A stretch of DNA of 63,949 nt, filler included, from Stramenopiles sp. TOSAG23-3 (GCA_900128585.1; 12 parts of 12 records of this genome joined end to end with filler, not necessarily neighbours in it); one strand, 5' to 3'. Positions 30,228-42,288 are shown, numbered from the whole stretch's first letter. The notes: generated from the sequence alone by a model not told the origin. Translations and numbers: made by a program.

Positions 30228-32633
30228 TCACTGACGGTTGTCTTGCTCGCTGAACATGGTGAACACTTGATCACTAGTGGTCGCGTCTAGAACATCTTTG
30301 TCGTCTCGAACCCTTTCCAACCTAGGGAATCGCAAAGCGATACCCTTGGTGTCGTGGGCCTCGCCGATTGCCGCGGTGTGCGCTGGAGATATGGACAAAT
30401 CGGCTGCCTTGACTTCCCAGACCATGTCTGCTTTCAACCAAACGTCGGGGCGAAGCATCGCAGCGTCAGCCCTCACGTTGTAGTCCAAAGGCTTGGAAGG
30501 GAGAAGACGGTCCTTCCCTTCTTCGTTAAAAAACTTGTAGAACGTTTCCAGGTTCTCTTCCGAGAACCCCGTTCCAATTTTGCAGACCGTTTGGAACTCC
30601 TCCTCGTCCGGGTTGTAACACGCGCACAAGTACGCCCCGTACCACCCGGTTCGCTTTCCCTTTCCCCGCCACGCGCCGATTGGAACAAGGTCTAAGGTAT
30701 CGCCCATCCCTTCCAAGTAATCTTTCTTCAGCTTCAACCAATTCAACGACCGCCTCGACGGCTCGTACGTCGCATCTTTGTACAATGTTTTTACCATCAG
30801 CCCCTCGCAGTTGCCCTTGATGGACTCGTCCAGGAACTCTTCGATTTCTGACATTTTCGTGGCGTCTTTCCCGATCGCAAAGGTAAATTTTCCCTCCACC
30901 TCTTGGAAGTTTTCCAGCAAAAGTTTTCTCCGTTCGCCCAATGGCTTCTGGAGCAGGGACTCCCCGTTCAGGTACAGCAGGTCGAAGGCTGTCATGATGA
31001 CTTGAATCTTGATGTCCTCCTCCTTGGTGTCCTTCTTGGCGCGCGTGCTGAGGGACTGAAAAGGCATCAGCTTCTTCGCGACCCGGTCGTAGGCTATGAT
31101 TTCGCTATCCATGATGCACGACGTGACGCCTGGCTTCAGCGTCTGAGGAAGCATGGAGATGATGTCCGGGTACTTCGACGTGTTCTCCTCCATGTTACGG
31201 GAAAACACTTTGATCGTCCCGTCCTCCAGCAGGTGGACTTGACCCCGCTCCCCGTCGTACTTGAATTCGCACGTAAACTCCAGGCCCTCGAACCGGTCGA
31301 GCACTTCGCTGACCCCCTTCGTCGGCTTGGCCAGCATCGGCTTGACGGGGATCCCAGCGCACAGCTGGCACACTTCGTTGACCTTCTCGCACCCTACGCT
31401 GAGCAACGCCGGCACAATCTTGTCGTAGCTCGGCAGCTCCGAAAACGCTTGCTTCACGTTTATGATGTTTTGCTCCAGGAGGGTGTCGAACTTTTCGCTG
31501 CCCATCCCGATCCGGGAGTCCAAGGTGTCCTTGTTGGAGATCGTGACGGCTTGCCCGAGGGCCACCAGGACGGTCGCCTCGGCCAGCCCGATGCGCAACT
31601 TCCCCTGAAGGCCGCGTATTACGTACTTGGACTCTGCGCCTTTCGAGTCGACCAACATTTTCTTGATGTTCCCCACCTTCTTTTCCTGCGATTTCCCCCC
31701 CGAGATGGCCGCAATCTCCTTGAACTTCTGGAACACTTGGCGGAGGACCAGCGGTTTCGGCTTGGAAAACATCAGGCTCTTCTGCTTGCCCTTGTAGTGC
31801 ATCGCCACGGAGCCCAAGTCCCCGAGCTTGACGTACTGCTTGTTGACGAATTTCAAGTCGGTGCCCGTCGTTTGCACGATCGCTTTCTTCAACAAGGCCT
31901 CCCCGAGGCCGAGCTCGACATTTTCGAACCCTGGGGCGACTTGGTTGCAGGCCAGGTACACGGCGGGCAACAGATCTTCCGGGGTGAGGACGATGATGGA
32001 GCGAAACAGGGAGCAGAGCAAATCTTGGATTTCCAACCGCTTCGTCGTCGCTTCGATCTTCTCAAACACGTCGACAATGGCAGAGTACGGGACCGGCTTG
32101 CCGTTCTTCCACGTTGCGCTGTCGATGGGGTGGTACGATCCTTTGACCTTGTTCGAGGCGTAGGAGGTGTTGGGTGCCACCGCGGAGGAGGAGGCGGCGG
32201 GCGCTGCCGGGGCCTTCTTCACCGCTGGGGCGGCGGAGGGCGCTGCCGCTTTCGAGGACTTCTTCGCCTTCTTCGACGCCGAGGACGCCCCTGGCTTTCC
32301 AAAAAAGTTGGCGATACCCCCCGACTTTCTCTTCTTCTCTGGCGTTGCCGTTTGGGCGGTCTCTTCGGCCTTCGCGTCGCCGCTTTCCTGAACGATCGAA
32401 GCCGCGCTTTCCTCGTTGGAAACGGACCCGGGGGACGGCGCGTCCTTTGCTTGCGCCTTGGCCTCTGGGGATATCTTCGCCGGTGCCTCTGCTTTCGGCG
32501 CTTTCTTCTCGGTTGCCTTGGCGCCCGCCTTGCTGAAGAACGACATGATGCCTGATTTTTTTGCTTTCTTTTTCGGGGGCCCGTCCGAAGAAGAAGAAGG
32601 CGTAGACGCGGTCACTGATGCTGGTAGTTTCAT
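30228..32633 (-). CDS. LIG1: DNA ligase I
   Basis: PIP-like GIMSFF and GIANFF; PMLAKP; CEFKYDGER adenylation motif; CEGLMVK; WLKLKKDY; ALRFPR. Confidence 0.97.
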   Translation of the reverse strand: MKLPASVTASTPSSSSDGPPKKKAKKSGIMSFFSKAGAKATEKKAPKAEAPAKISPEAKAQAKDAPSPGSVSNEESAASIVQESGDAKAEETAQTATPEKKRKSGGIANFFGKPGASSASKKAKKSSKAAAPSAAPAVKKAPAAPAASSSAVAPNTSYASNKVKGSYHPIDSATWKNGKPVPYSAIVDVFEKIEATTKRLEIQDLLCSLFRSIIVLTPEDLLPAVYLACNQVAPGFENVELGLGEALLKKAIVQTTGTDLKFVNKQYVKLGDLGSVAMHYKGKQKSLMFSKPKPLVLRQVFQKFKEIAAISGGKSQEKKVGNIKKMLVDSKGAESKYVIRGLQGKLRIGLAEATVLVALGQAVTISNKDTLDSRIGMGSEKFDTLLEQNIINVKQAFSELPSYDKIVPALLSVGCEKVNEVCQLCAGIPVKPMLAKPTKGVSEVLDRFEGLEFTCEFKYDGERGQVHLLEDGTIKVFSRNMEENTSKYPDIISMLPQTLKPGVTSCIMDSEIIAYDRVAKKLMPFQSLSTRAKKDTKEEDIKIQVIMTAFDLLYLNGESLLQKPLGERRKLLLENFQEVEGKFTFAIGKDATKMSEIEEFLDESIKGNCEGLMVKTLYKDATYEPSRRSLNWLKLKKDYLEGMGDTLDLVPIGAWRGKGKRTGWYGAYLCACYNPDEEEFQTVCKIGTGFSEENLETFYKFFNEEGKDRLLPSKPLDYNVRADAAMLRPDVWLKADMVWEVKAADLSISPAHTAAIGEAHDTKGIALRFPRLERVRDDKDVLDATTSDQVFTMFSEQDNRQ

Positions 32634-33060
32634 TTGGTCTTTGGCGCGAAACTGTTAACACTGAATACCCAAACGGACGAGGAAACGAAGGAAAGTGTAT
32701 GGTCAAACGGTAGAAAGAAAGAACGAAGAAAATTGTTCAAAAACTTCAAGGTTATAATAAAACTATGCTGTTCCTGTTTTCATCTTAATATTTTAAATAA
32801 TGTCCACATCAACATTATTTTATTCTATTTTTCAATAAGCTTTTGTGTCAATTCAATAAGTTATTATTATATATTTATTTCAGTGGTGGATGGTGAATTT
32901 ATTATTAATATATTATTATTGGTGATAATAAACTGGTTTCCCTGTTATATTTAGTTAAATAAATAATTAATTCCCAATTCCTTCCCCCTTATTTATATCT
33001 AAGTTACTCCTCCTATATTATTTATATATTATAGATTATACTTATTTATAATAATAAACC

Positions 33061-33576
33061 GCGCGAAGAAAAAGAAGAAAGAAGAAGAAGAAGAAAAAAG
33101 AAGAGAGAAAAAAAGAAGAAGAAGAAGGAAGAAAGAAAGAAAGAAAGAAATAAGAATTGCCTCTCTATTTCCTCATTACACTGCGTTAATTTAATCAACA
33201 AAATCAATTTCAATAATTACATTCAGTACTCTGAGTCATCATTGAGGTGGTATTAATAGTAGTAGAGTTGAATATATAAATTAAATATTTTCTTCTTCTC
33301 TCTTCTTCTCTCTTCTTCTCTCTTCTTCTCTCTTCTTCTCTCTTCTTCTCTCTTCTTCTTTCTTCTTCTCTCTTCTTCTCTCTTCTTCTTTCTTCTTCTT
33401 CTTCTTCTTCTTCTTCTCTCTTCTTCTCTCTTCTTCTTCTTCTTCTTCTTCTTCTTCTTCTTCTTCTTCTTCTTTCGTCTTCTTCTTCTTTCTTCTCTCT
33501 TCTTCTCTTCTTCTTCTTCTTCTTCTTCTTCTTCTTCTTCTTCTTCTTCTTCTTCTTCTTCTTCTTCTTCTTCTTC
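33061..33576. repeat. (GAA)-rich tract followed by (TCTTCTTCTC)n and (CTT)n microsatellite running into the contig end
   Basis: Directly visible. Confidence 0.95.
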
Positions 33577-33677
33577 NNNNNNNNNNNNNNNNNNNNNNNN
33601 NNNNNNNNNNNNNNNNNNNNTTAATTAATTAANNNNNNNNNNNNNNNNNNNNNNNNNNNNNNNNNNNNNNNNNNNNA

Positions 33678-34190
33678 GAGGAGTACAAGTTCAGCTACTA
33701 CCCTATCATCGATGGAAACCGTACGGAATCCGCCATCGATTTGGTGTTGGGCACGACGGTCGTGGAATTCTCGGGCGGCCTTATAACGGGAAAATCGAAA
33801 CGGCTGTGCATTCAAGTCTTAGTCGACATGCTTAACTTAGCCTTGAAAGAGACGGAGGATTCCGACGACGGCTCTTCCACAACGGGTGCCGCTAGCAACG
33901 CGGTGAAAAGGGAAATTATGTCTGCAGAAAAATTGGTCCCTATGATTGAGAACAGAGACGTGAAGAGCTTGCTCCAAATCCTGTTGCCGTACATCTTGGA
34001 CGACGACCACGAGTTTTTAGTAGAAATCCACCATCTCTCGATCGCATTTTCCAGGAAGACCGGTGCGGATGGTATATGCAGACCAATAGTCTCCCTGGGG
34101 ACCAAACGGGAGCATTTAGGAGGTTCTCCCGATGTACGGTTGAAGTTGCGTTTTGGATTGGCTCAAGTCCTCAGTGATTTTGTCATTTGA
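33678..34190 (+). CDS. Hypothetical protein, 3' fragment
   Basis: Frame open from the contig edge (EEYKFSYYPIIDG…) to TGA at 34190; coding-like composition. Confidence 0.6.
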   Translation, partial: EEYKFSYYPIIDGNRTESAIDLVLGTTVVEFSGGLITGKSKRLCIQVLVDMLNLALKETEDSDDGSSTTGAASNAVKREIMSAEKLVPMIENRDVKSLLQILLPYILDDDHEFLVEIHHLSIAFSRKTGADGICRPIVSLGTKREHLGGSPDVRLKLRFGLAQVLSDFVI

Positions 34191-34930
34191 GATCGTAACC
34201 TTTTGTATGCACAATACACTTGCACTATGATCCCGTAATACTTTTATAATTTTCAATTATATTTATATTGTGTACTATATAGTACTGTTGTATGATTTTA
34301 TTGACCTCGTATTATGGTAGTAGAATATTATAAATTTTATGAAGTCCCCAAAACATCCTATTTAAATATATTATTCTAATTTTATACTTATGAAACAAAG
34401 GTTGCTCTGACTTTTTATTCGATCGAACAAAAAAACATAAAATAATATACATAGAGAATTGAAAACACCACCCACTCATTCCACGGAATATACGAGGAGT
34501 ATAGCATATGGCAACAACAAAAAACAAAACAATTGAACAAAACAACAACAAGAAAAGAACAGGAGAGAGAAGACAGGAGGGCAATAAAAAGGAAGAAGAA
34601 GAAAAAGAAAAAAAAAAATAGAAAAAAAAGAAGAAAGTTCATCAATAAAATACACGATATACCCTTGGTATAATAATAATAAAATAATAATAATCCTTCT
34701 TGGTTTTTTTAAAAGTCGGCGAGAAAAAAGACAATTATTCGTGCTCGTAATATAACAAGCGATCGGAAGAAAGGCAATTGCTTGCATTACAATTTGCCGT
34801 CGTTGAATTCATAGAAAGGTTTGTGGTGATTTCATCTCTGGATTCAAAGTATACCTTTCATCTTTCAGCTTCTACTAAAAGAAACCTTCCCTCCGCGTCG
34901 AAGTCGTAGTGTCAAAGGTTGAAAAGCGTT

Positions 34931-36202
34931 ATGGCGTCTTTGGTAGCGTCGGCCGCCTCGGCGGTAAACGAGGAAATTTCGATAAAACATTTACTGGCCA
35001 AACATCGCTCTGAGATCGATAAGCTTAAATTATTGGTCCCGCCCCCGCCTGCCGTAGGGGAAGATGGCGTGCCCTGGGATGGTATGGCCTGCAAGTACGA
35101 CGACCTGTTCTACTTGAGGTACGCACTAAGCTTTCCGAAGGATGAGAAAAGTGCGACCGAAGCGTTGAAGTTCACGTTTGATTTTCGTTCCTCGCCGGAC
35201 CATAGAGAACGGATAAAAATAGTTGCCACCGGACAAGTAAAAACTCACCCTCTGACAGAGGAGTCGAAAAAATGGAACGTTGCGGGCGCTTTGGGCGTGG
35301 ACGACGACGGAAATAGAACAAGCCGGGGAGTGCTGAAGGAAAGTACTGGCCAAGGCTTTGTAATTGTGGTACGCATTGCAATGTGCAAACGGGACGATAT
35401 GTCTAATTCGCTTACCTTCGACGAGCAAAAAAGCCTGCAACTGCTCCATCGCGAAGCTGGGTTTCAGTACGTTGATAAATTGACGCGAGAGACGGGGCTC
35501 TTGTCCAAGCAAGTGATGTTTTTTGACTTGAAAGGGGCTGCTTTGAGCTCCATGAACGATAAAAAAAGTAGGCACATTCAGGCAGAAGTCAGTAACATTG
35601 GAAAAAAGTGCTACCCGCAGTTGGTAGATAAGGTGGCGATGGTAAACGCCCCAAAGTGGTTTGCCGGTTTGTTGAAAGTTCTGAAAGCAGTATTACCGAA
35701 ATCAGCGCTCGAAAAAATTGAGCTTTTCTCGTCAACAGAAAGTTTATGGGACAGCGATTGGGCGAAGCAGCGCTTGAAGCGTGAGAACATGCCAGGGTTT
35801 TTAGGCGGCCAGCTTCCAGAGGAAGAACTCTCGGACGAATTGGCCGGAAAGTGTTTGGAGCGCACATCGCTACCAGACGTTACGATTAAGCCAAGGGGGA
35901 AAGTGTCCGTGCCGATTGATATAACGAGCGATGGAAAGCACCAAGTAAACTACTTGGTTTCTATAACAAATCGTGGCGTCACGTTTTCTATCGTTTTCGT
36001 GCCGAAAGGCATGGAATCGCGAGCGAAAGAGGCGGTTACACTACGGAGCGAGAATAAAATCGAAGCGTCGAAAGGCCCCATCCGAGACACAATCACAGTA
36101 AACGGCCCAGGCACGGTGCATTTCAAGTTTGACAATTCTCACAGCATGATGCGGGAAAAGATAGTAAAGTATTTGATTTCAGCCAAACCAGCTGAAAGTT
36201 GA
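34931..36202 (+). CDS. Sec14/CRAL-TRIO lipid-binding protein with a C-terminal GOLD domain
   Basis: DDLFYLRY, FFDLKG, CYPQLVDKVAMVNAP.WF, MPGFLGG, FKFDNSHSMMREK. Confidence 0.9.
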   Translation: MASLVASAASAVNEEISIKHLLAKHRSEIDKLKLLVPPPPAVGEDGVPWDGMACKYDDLFYLRYALSFPKDEKSATEALKFTFDFRSSPDHRERIKIVATGQVKTHPLTEESKKWNVAGALGVDDDGNRTSRGVLKESTGQGFVIVVRIAMCKRDDMSNSLTFDEQKSLQLLHREAGFQYVDKLTRETGLLSKQVMFFDLKGAALSSMNDKKSRHIQAEVSNIGKKCYPQLVDKVAMVNAPKWFAGLLKVLKAVLPKSALEKIELFSSTESLWDSDWAKQRLKRENMPGFLGGQLPEEELSDELAGKCLERTSLPDVTIKPRGKVSVPIDITSDGKHQVNYLVSITNRGVTFSIVFVPKGMESRAKEAVTLRSENKIEASKGPIRDTITVNGPGTVHFKFDNSHSMMREKIVKYLISAKPAES

Positions 36203-36797
36203 GTTGAGTGCCCCTAAAAGTTGATTCAAATTAATTTTAATAGTTTTTGAGGTTTTACGTTTTTCCTAAAAAGAATAATTCTATATAGTATAGTTTGTTA
36301 ATAAATATTATTCTCCTCTCTCTCTTCTTCCATTCTTCCCTCTCTCCTCACAATCAATTTAGTGAAATTTTAAACAAATATGGTCACAGCATTGGTTATT
36401 TTTCCTCGTTGTTGTTGTTTGTGTTTTTTTAAGATTTTTTTTTTTGTAATTTTCATCATCATCTCTCTCATAAAAAATTACTTACTAGAAGAATTCGAAT
36501 ATTTTATACACTGTATTCACATGATGATGTGCTCCATCATCATCATGCATAATAAAATATAAAAATTATGTTATTATATATAACGCTTCGTTGTTAACTG
36601 ATATATTTTTCAGTTTTTATTATATATTTCTAAGGGTATTTAATTCTAAAACAAAACGTTGATGTATTTTATGATTACAAGATTGTCATCCAGAGCGATT
36701 GTACAATTTCTCCATTTTTTGCGTTGTGCCGAGAGCGGGTTTCGTATTGCTGTGACTTACATATCTATATACATATGAATAATCGACATTTCCCGGG

Positions 36798-39700
36798 ATG
36801 CCCAAGCAACAGAAGAAATTGGGCAGGGCGCGCGCAAGAAAAAGAAGGAAGAAGCAGAAAAAAAGACAAGGTCCACCGTCAGCAATATTTCTTGTTGTTC
36901 TGCTGATAGTTTCATCCGTGGTATTTTTAAAGTACGATGTTGTTTCGCTTGGGATGAATAGAATAATCAAAACTGGTAACATGAAAGAATTGCGATCTGG
37001 TCTATACACGCTCAAAAATAGAATTTTAAATTTCCAGATTGGAAGAGATAAGGCTACAAAACAGCCCGCGTCGTTTGTCCATGCCTACAGCGAACATGCC
37101 ATCGACTCTTTCCTGCGGATTAGCGACAACCTGGATTTCTACCGACAATTCTCCAATTATAACGAGTCGGTCTGCAACACGATGTCCGTCGAGCTGTCCC
37201 GTCGCGAGTCGGATTATCGCATGCCAAAAGATAAAGCAGGGGACCTTGCAATTATAGTATTGTTCGGCCAGAGAGCAACAGCTTCAGGGTTGTCAAAATC
37301 GCTGAAATCTTTGAAATCGGCAATGGTAAACTCAAAATCAGTCCCCGTGTACATTAGCTTCAGTCGACATGAGCACGGCGGAGCCGGCCGCGAGAAAATC
37401 ATGAAAGTTCTGCTTCAGTACAGAAAAGAGATGGGCTGGTTGTCGTTTATCTGCCATGATATAACAGGGACAGAACAGAGCAGAAGCGCAAAGCACTTGC
37501 TGTGGTCCACAAATCACATATTCAATGGAGGTGCCCGTTACGTGTTGACCATCGGGGCCGGGGAAGCCGTCCTCCCTGATTTAGTAGAGGTCTGCCAAAA
37601 ACTGTTTGAATATTCGACCGCACAGTGCAGTACTTGCTTTGGTGCATTTGTAGGTGACGTCCCTACGGTGAACACACAAGTCTCCGAAACGAATGGACTG
37701 CACGTCGTTCGAATGGAAGGATTTTCGGGGGCAGGCGTTGGGGGGGTGATATTTTACAAGACGGAATGGGTCGTTTTGAAATCCCTCGTAGATCTATTTT
37801 GTCGTGTTGCTGCCGATTGGAACGTGGTGCTGAACCAATTAGCACAGAAAGGGTTGATTAAGCCCCACGTTCTCGCCTTGACAAAACATCCAAGGGTGAA
37901 AACCGTCTTGGGTGGAGAAGAGAGAAGCACGAGCTTTAAAATAGTCGACCATGGAATAAGCACGTCCGGTCTATCGCTCCCGAATGCGCTTCGAACGAGA
38001 CCAGCGGCCGAAATTAATTCGTGCAAATTGATTATCCCCCCAAGCATTGCGATTTTACTGGGGGTCACGAGCCGAGGATTTGCTGCAGACCATAAACATT
38101 TTCTGAAAGACACTTCCCTAGTTGAAACGTTACTCCCATCGATTCAAAAATCATTGGAGCAGCAGTACGATTATATTGTGTACATTGCAATAGACCGCGA
38201 TGATATGTTTTGGACATCTTCGACGCGAGTCCAAAGGATTGCAAACAACTACATAAAGTTACCTAATATATTTCTACGACCCATAGTGGTGAGAGGGGGC
38301 ACATTTGTAAAGGCCATAAATGAAATTGCCTCGATTGCGTTTGCCGATGGGAACGAGTATTTCTGCAGGATAAACGACGACAGCGAGTTTTTATCGTACG
38401 GTTGGACAAGTGAGGCCATCCGCGCGCTTGCACGATTTAAGCCAAGAAACGTAGGCGTTGTAGGCCCGGTGTGCAAAGATGGCAACACGAGGATTTTGAC
38501 GCACGACTTCGTCCATCGTCAGCACATGATGATTTTCAAGGACTACTACCCGGCGGATTTTGAAAATGCATGGATCGATGACTGGATTACGGACGTGTAC
38601 TCCAATCGAATGGCGCGTATAAAGAGGTGGACAATTCGACACCATACTGGCAAACACGGAACGCGGTATTCAACCCACGGAAAGCCACACAAAATGTTGC
38701 CCCTGTTGGTTCGACAGGGGCAGCAAACAATAAATCAGTATGTCGAGCACGTGGGAGGGACGAATTCTGACACATCCCGCCATCACAAGTCGCAGTTTCT
38801 GCACAACTTTAGAAACGGAAAAATAGTGGAAGTTATAAGCGTCGGGAACCATTTCAATCTGTCGTACTTCATGAAAAATACGATGGGATGGCACTGCCTT
38901 CAGATAGAACTGGACGCATATTTCATGAAACTAGAAGCAACACCCATAGACCCTCTTGTCCACCACTTTACAGCGCCGGTATGCAATGGTACCGACACCA
39001 AAACGTACACCGGCAGCAAAGGAAATAAAATACGCAGCAAGTGCCGGAAGTTGCAGGTAATTGTGAATGATGAGCTTTTTCACCCTGTTGACACGATTGT
39101 AATAAATGATATAGAAGAGTCAGGGGCATCCGTAGTCAACGACATTCTTTCCACTTGGGATTTTTCAGGCGCCAACAAGAACAACAACAACATTGTGTGG
39201 ATGGTACATTCCAATGTCCACAGCGGGGAAATCAACAAGTTTTTCTTGTCGCGTGGCCTTGTGCAGTACTCTCGTCAGATCGAATGGGCGGAAAAGTACA
39301 CGAACAGGTTTCGTGTGTACCACCAAAAGATCGATGTTATAACATTCTCGTTGCAATACCAGGAAGGGTTTAACCCTGAAAAGGTGTTGACCAACGTGGA
39401 CAACTTGATGAAATTATACCCGAATTTTGTTATGCGTGCGTACTACGACTCTTCAATTTTGGGCCATTTAATTCACATGCTGGAGCACAAGGGGGTGAAA
39501 ATGCACGATATGACAGGGCATAAAAGGTACACAAGCAGTCAGGATTGGCCATTGAAGACCATGCTAGACCCCATTGTAAATACCTTTGTCATTTGCGACA
39601 TTGAAAACATGAACGACGACGAGGTAGGCTCCATCGACGAGTGGTTGAGTGGCAATGGGAAAACAAAGTATATTTTTTTCACGCCATTGAGTGCAAACCG

Positions 39701-39869
39701 GTGGGGCATCAAAAATCGCATTGGGTACAAAAGGTACGATGCAGATATTGTCCCTGTTTTGAAATCTTGGCGAAATACAGAAGGAATTGCATTGCGATGG
39801 AAGCAGGACACCCATTTAGCTGGCGAAATTTACAATATCGTTGAAAAATCTTCCTCTATTTTAGTTTGA
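36798..39869 (+). CDS. Type II membrane multidomain glycosyltransferase (degenerate MGAT2-like domain, intact GT-A domain, FkbM-like remnant, further GT-like remnant)
   Basis: Basic N-terminal tail plus TM; KHLLW…PDL and FC…WN (MGAT2-like); RINDD…NVGVVGP…ILTHDFVHR…IDDWIT; GWHCLQIE; VITFSL…YPNFVMRAYYD. Confidence 0.75.
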   Translation: MPKQQKKLGRARARKRRKKQKKRQGPPSAIFLVVLLIVSSVVFLKYDVVSLGMNRIIKTGNMKELRSGLYTLKNRILNFQIGRDKATKQPASFVHAYSEHAIDSFLRISDNLDFYRQFSNYNESVCNTMSVELSRRESDYRMPKDKAGDLAIIVLFGQRATASGLSKSLKSLKSAMVNSKSVPVYISFSRHEHGGAGREKIMKVLLQYRKEMGWLSFICHDITGTEQSRSAKHLLWSTNHIFNGGARYVLTIGAGEAVLPDLVEVCQKLFEYSTAQCSTCFGAFVGDVPTVNTQVSETNGLHVVRMEGFSGAGVGGVIFYKTEWVVLKSLVDLFCRVAADWNVVLNQLAQKGLIKPHVLALTKHPRVKTVLGGEERSTSFKIVDHGISTSGLSLPNALRTRPAAEINSCKLIIPPSIAILLGVTSRGFAADHKHFLKDTSLVETLLPSIQKSLEQQYDYIVYIAIDRDDMFWTSSTRVQRIANNYIKLPNIFLRPIVVRGGTFVKAINEIASIAFADGNEYFCRINDDSEFLSYGWTSEAIRALARFKPRNVGVVGPVCKDGNTRILTHDFVHRQHMMIFKDYYPADFENAWIDDWITDVYSNRMARIKRWTIRHHTGKHGTRYSTHGKPHKMLPLLVRQGQQTINQYVEHVGGTNSDTSRHHKSQFLHNFRNGKIVEVISVGNHFNLSYFMKNTMGWHCLQIELDAYFMKLEATPIDPLVHHFTAPVCNGTDTKTYTGSKGNKIRSKCRKLQVIVNDELFHPVDTIVINDIEESGASVVNDILSTWDFSGANKNNNNIVWMVHSNVHSGEINKFFLSRGLVQYSRQIEWAEKYTNRFRVYHQKIDVITFSLQYQEGFNPEKVLTNVDNLMKLYPNFVMRAYYDSSILGHLIHMLEHKGVKMHDMTGHKRYTSSQDWPLKTMLDPIVNTFVICDIENMNDDEVGSIDEWLSGNGKTKYIFFTPLSANRWGIKNRIGYKRYDADIVPVLKSWRNTEGIALRWKQDTHLAGEIYNIVEKSSSILV

Positions 39870-39984
39870 TGAAGAATACAGAGAACATCTTAGTTTTGTT
39901 ATCAATTTTAAATTAGAAATTCACCTTTTTGGATTTTCAGCAATGGGAGAGATATGAAATTTTACAAGCACGTTTATCACTAAA

Positions 39985-40197
39985 TTAAAAACAAGAAAAT
40001 TGGCTGTTATTTAAGTAATCACTAAATTATGGCTAAATATGATAAGAACTATGATATGAAAAAAAAACAATATAAGAACTATGATATTTTTAAAAAAACA
40101 AATTTATATTTTAGTATGCATAACATTTAATATAAATTACAGCCAATTTTCTTGTTTTTATTTTAGTATGCTTAAATAACAGCCAATTTTCTTGTGT
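39985..40197. repeat. Inverted pair plus a tandem copy of the 3'-end repeat (MITE-like, ~175 bp)
   Basis: TAAAAACAAGAAAATTGGCTGT (39986) … ACAGCCAATTTTCTTGTTTTTA (40139-40160), with a further copy at 40171-40197. Confidence 0.85.
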
Positions 40198-40385
40198 TAT
40201 TTTAGCATGATATGCTTTAAGACTCTCATAGAACTATTTATCATATCGTACGCATTTTGGTTTTTTGTTCTTCTTAAATTTCATGNNNNNNNNNNNNNNN
40301 NNNNNNNNNNNNNNNNNNNNNNNNNNNNNTTAATTAATTAANNNNNNNNNNNNNNNNNNNNNNNNNNNNNNNNNNNNNNNNNNNN

Positions 40386-40464
40386 TGCGAGGTTTCTCTT
40401 TTTGTTTACTTCGCCCCGAAGGCCTTTCTGCACGCTTCATAAATGGAGACGCTTCTTTGTTACC
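40386..40464 (-). repeat. Exact 79-bp inverted duplicate of the other end of the same contig (46912-46990)
   Basis: Base-by-base reverse-complement match; both ends translate to GNKEASPFMKRAERPSGRSKQKEKPR. Confidence 0.95.
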
Positions 40465-41694
40465 AATACTGTATCTATGTTTAATGTATTTTTTTCTAGG
40501 GGACTTCGTATTAATTATTACATCTGTAGCACTTTGATTTTTACTCACTATACATATTTTATGTACAGGCTGGTAGCAGGTTGGTCGGTGGAAAATGTTG
40601 TTCTTCTTTTTTTACTCCATCCATAAAATTTGATACTCTGTTCCTGCTGTATGTATAGTATAATTAATTTATTTAATCGATACAAAACGAAGCGAAAGCA
40701 GAAAGAAAAGAATAAAAAAAAATGTTGTTTCGCTTTTTTTCATTGTTTAAGTAGTGTTTAAAGATGTTGTCAATATATTTAATAATTATTATATAACTGT
40801 AGCATCAAATTATACAAGAGGCACAAAAAATGAATCCTTATCCAAACATACAATAGCTTAATGGAATTATGTTTTTGTTTTTTTGGGTGGATGGATTCGT
40901 ATTGACCGACTGATAAAACATTGTAAACGTACGCTATCGACGATATGATAGAAAGGAGGCACAGCGCACAGCCAACCAACACAGGCCACTATGAAAAATA
41001 GTATTTTATGCTGTGTATATATATAACATACCTAGCATACAAATAATAGTGAATAAATAATTTATTAATGCTGTGACTATATAATAAATTGCAAGTTCCC
41101 CCAAGCCATTCATTAGTTTCTATGATATTCTCATCTTACCCTGTGGTATTCTTATGGTATACCGTTCTTCGGCTGTGCTAATATTATGTTATACCTCTAT
41201 TACTTCATCCAAATCGCATTGTTGTAAGGAAATGTTTACATAAAATTACCTCTGCATTGTTTTGTCGTCAATCGTTTCTTTATTATTATAATATTAATAC
41301 CACAAAGTGATACTATTACATCCCAATAGATTCGTACTTTACCTTACGTTTTAAAGAGATGAAATTCGAACCTTGCCACACCAGGAAAAAGACTTGATAA
41401 TATACGTATACATACGCATACCATGTAATAATAAAAAAAGCAATCTTCTTCTTTTTTTTCTTCCTCTCTCAATAATAATAAATAGCAAATTAATTAGCTG
41501 TCGTCAGTCTCTCTGACAATTAACGATCATTTGATCAGACGACGGAATGGGATAGGCTTGTTGGCCATCAGACTCTTGCTCGGTGAAGAAAAGGTTTGAA
41601 AGTGTTCAGGTATCGAAAACAACCGTAAAATTACTCACACAGTGTAATTTACTATAATTAATCTTCACATTTTAAAAAGAACGAAACAAGAAGA

Positions 41695-42288
41695 ATGGTA
41701 TTCCAAAAGTGTATCGTAGTTGACGGCAGAGACCACATGCTTGGTCGCCTCGCCTCAGTTGTTGCGAAGGAACTTCTTTCTGGGCAAAATGTTGTTCTAG
41801 TCCGTTGCGAAACCATCAACGTAAGTGGAAGCTTTGTACGCAACCAAATGAAATGGGCCAGGTTTATGCGCAAGCGTACCAACACCAACCCAAAATGGGG
41901 CCCTTTCCACCACCGTGCCCCTTCCCGTGTTATGTACCGTACCATCCGTGGTATGATCCCTCACAAGACCAGCCGTGGTGCCAACGCGATGGCCAGACTT
42001 CGTTGCTTCGACGGTATCCCAGCGCCATACGACAAAGTAAAACGCATGGTTGTTCCAGATGCCCTGCGTGTAAACCGCCTGCGACCAGGCCGCCGTTTCA
42101 CTGTTATCGGAGACATTGCCAACGCAAGTGGGTGGAAACATGCTGACCTTGTTAAGCGACTCGAAGCCACCCGTAAGGCTAAAGCAGCTGAATTCTATGC
42201 AGCAAAGAAAGCAACTGCCGCTAAAGTTGCCAAAGCAAAGGCCGCGGAACCTTTGACTGCCAAACTAAACGCCGGTGGGTTTATGTAA
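41695..42288 (+). CDS. RPL13A: 60S ribosomal protein L13a (uL13)
   Basis: [38 protein letters not shown]. Confidence 0.98.
   Translation: MVFQKCIVVDGRDHMLGRLASVVAKELLSGQNVVLVRCETINVSGSFVRNQMKWARFMRKRTNTNPKWGPFHHRAPSRVMYRTIRGMIPHKTSRGANAMARLRCFDGIPAPYDKVKRMVVPDALRVNRLRPGRRFTVIGDIANASGWKHADLVKRLEATRKAKAAEFYAAKKATAAKVAKAKAAEPLTAKLNAGGFM

Noticed and set aside
30903-32555. 550-aa antisense ORF over LIG1
   Set aside because: Shadow ORF caused by high GC3
41610-41680. Possible 5'-UTR intron of RPL13A (CAG/GTATCG…AAG)
   Set aside because: Weak donor and no clear ACTAAC branch point; cannot be supported without transcripts
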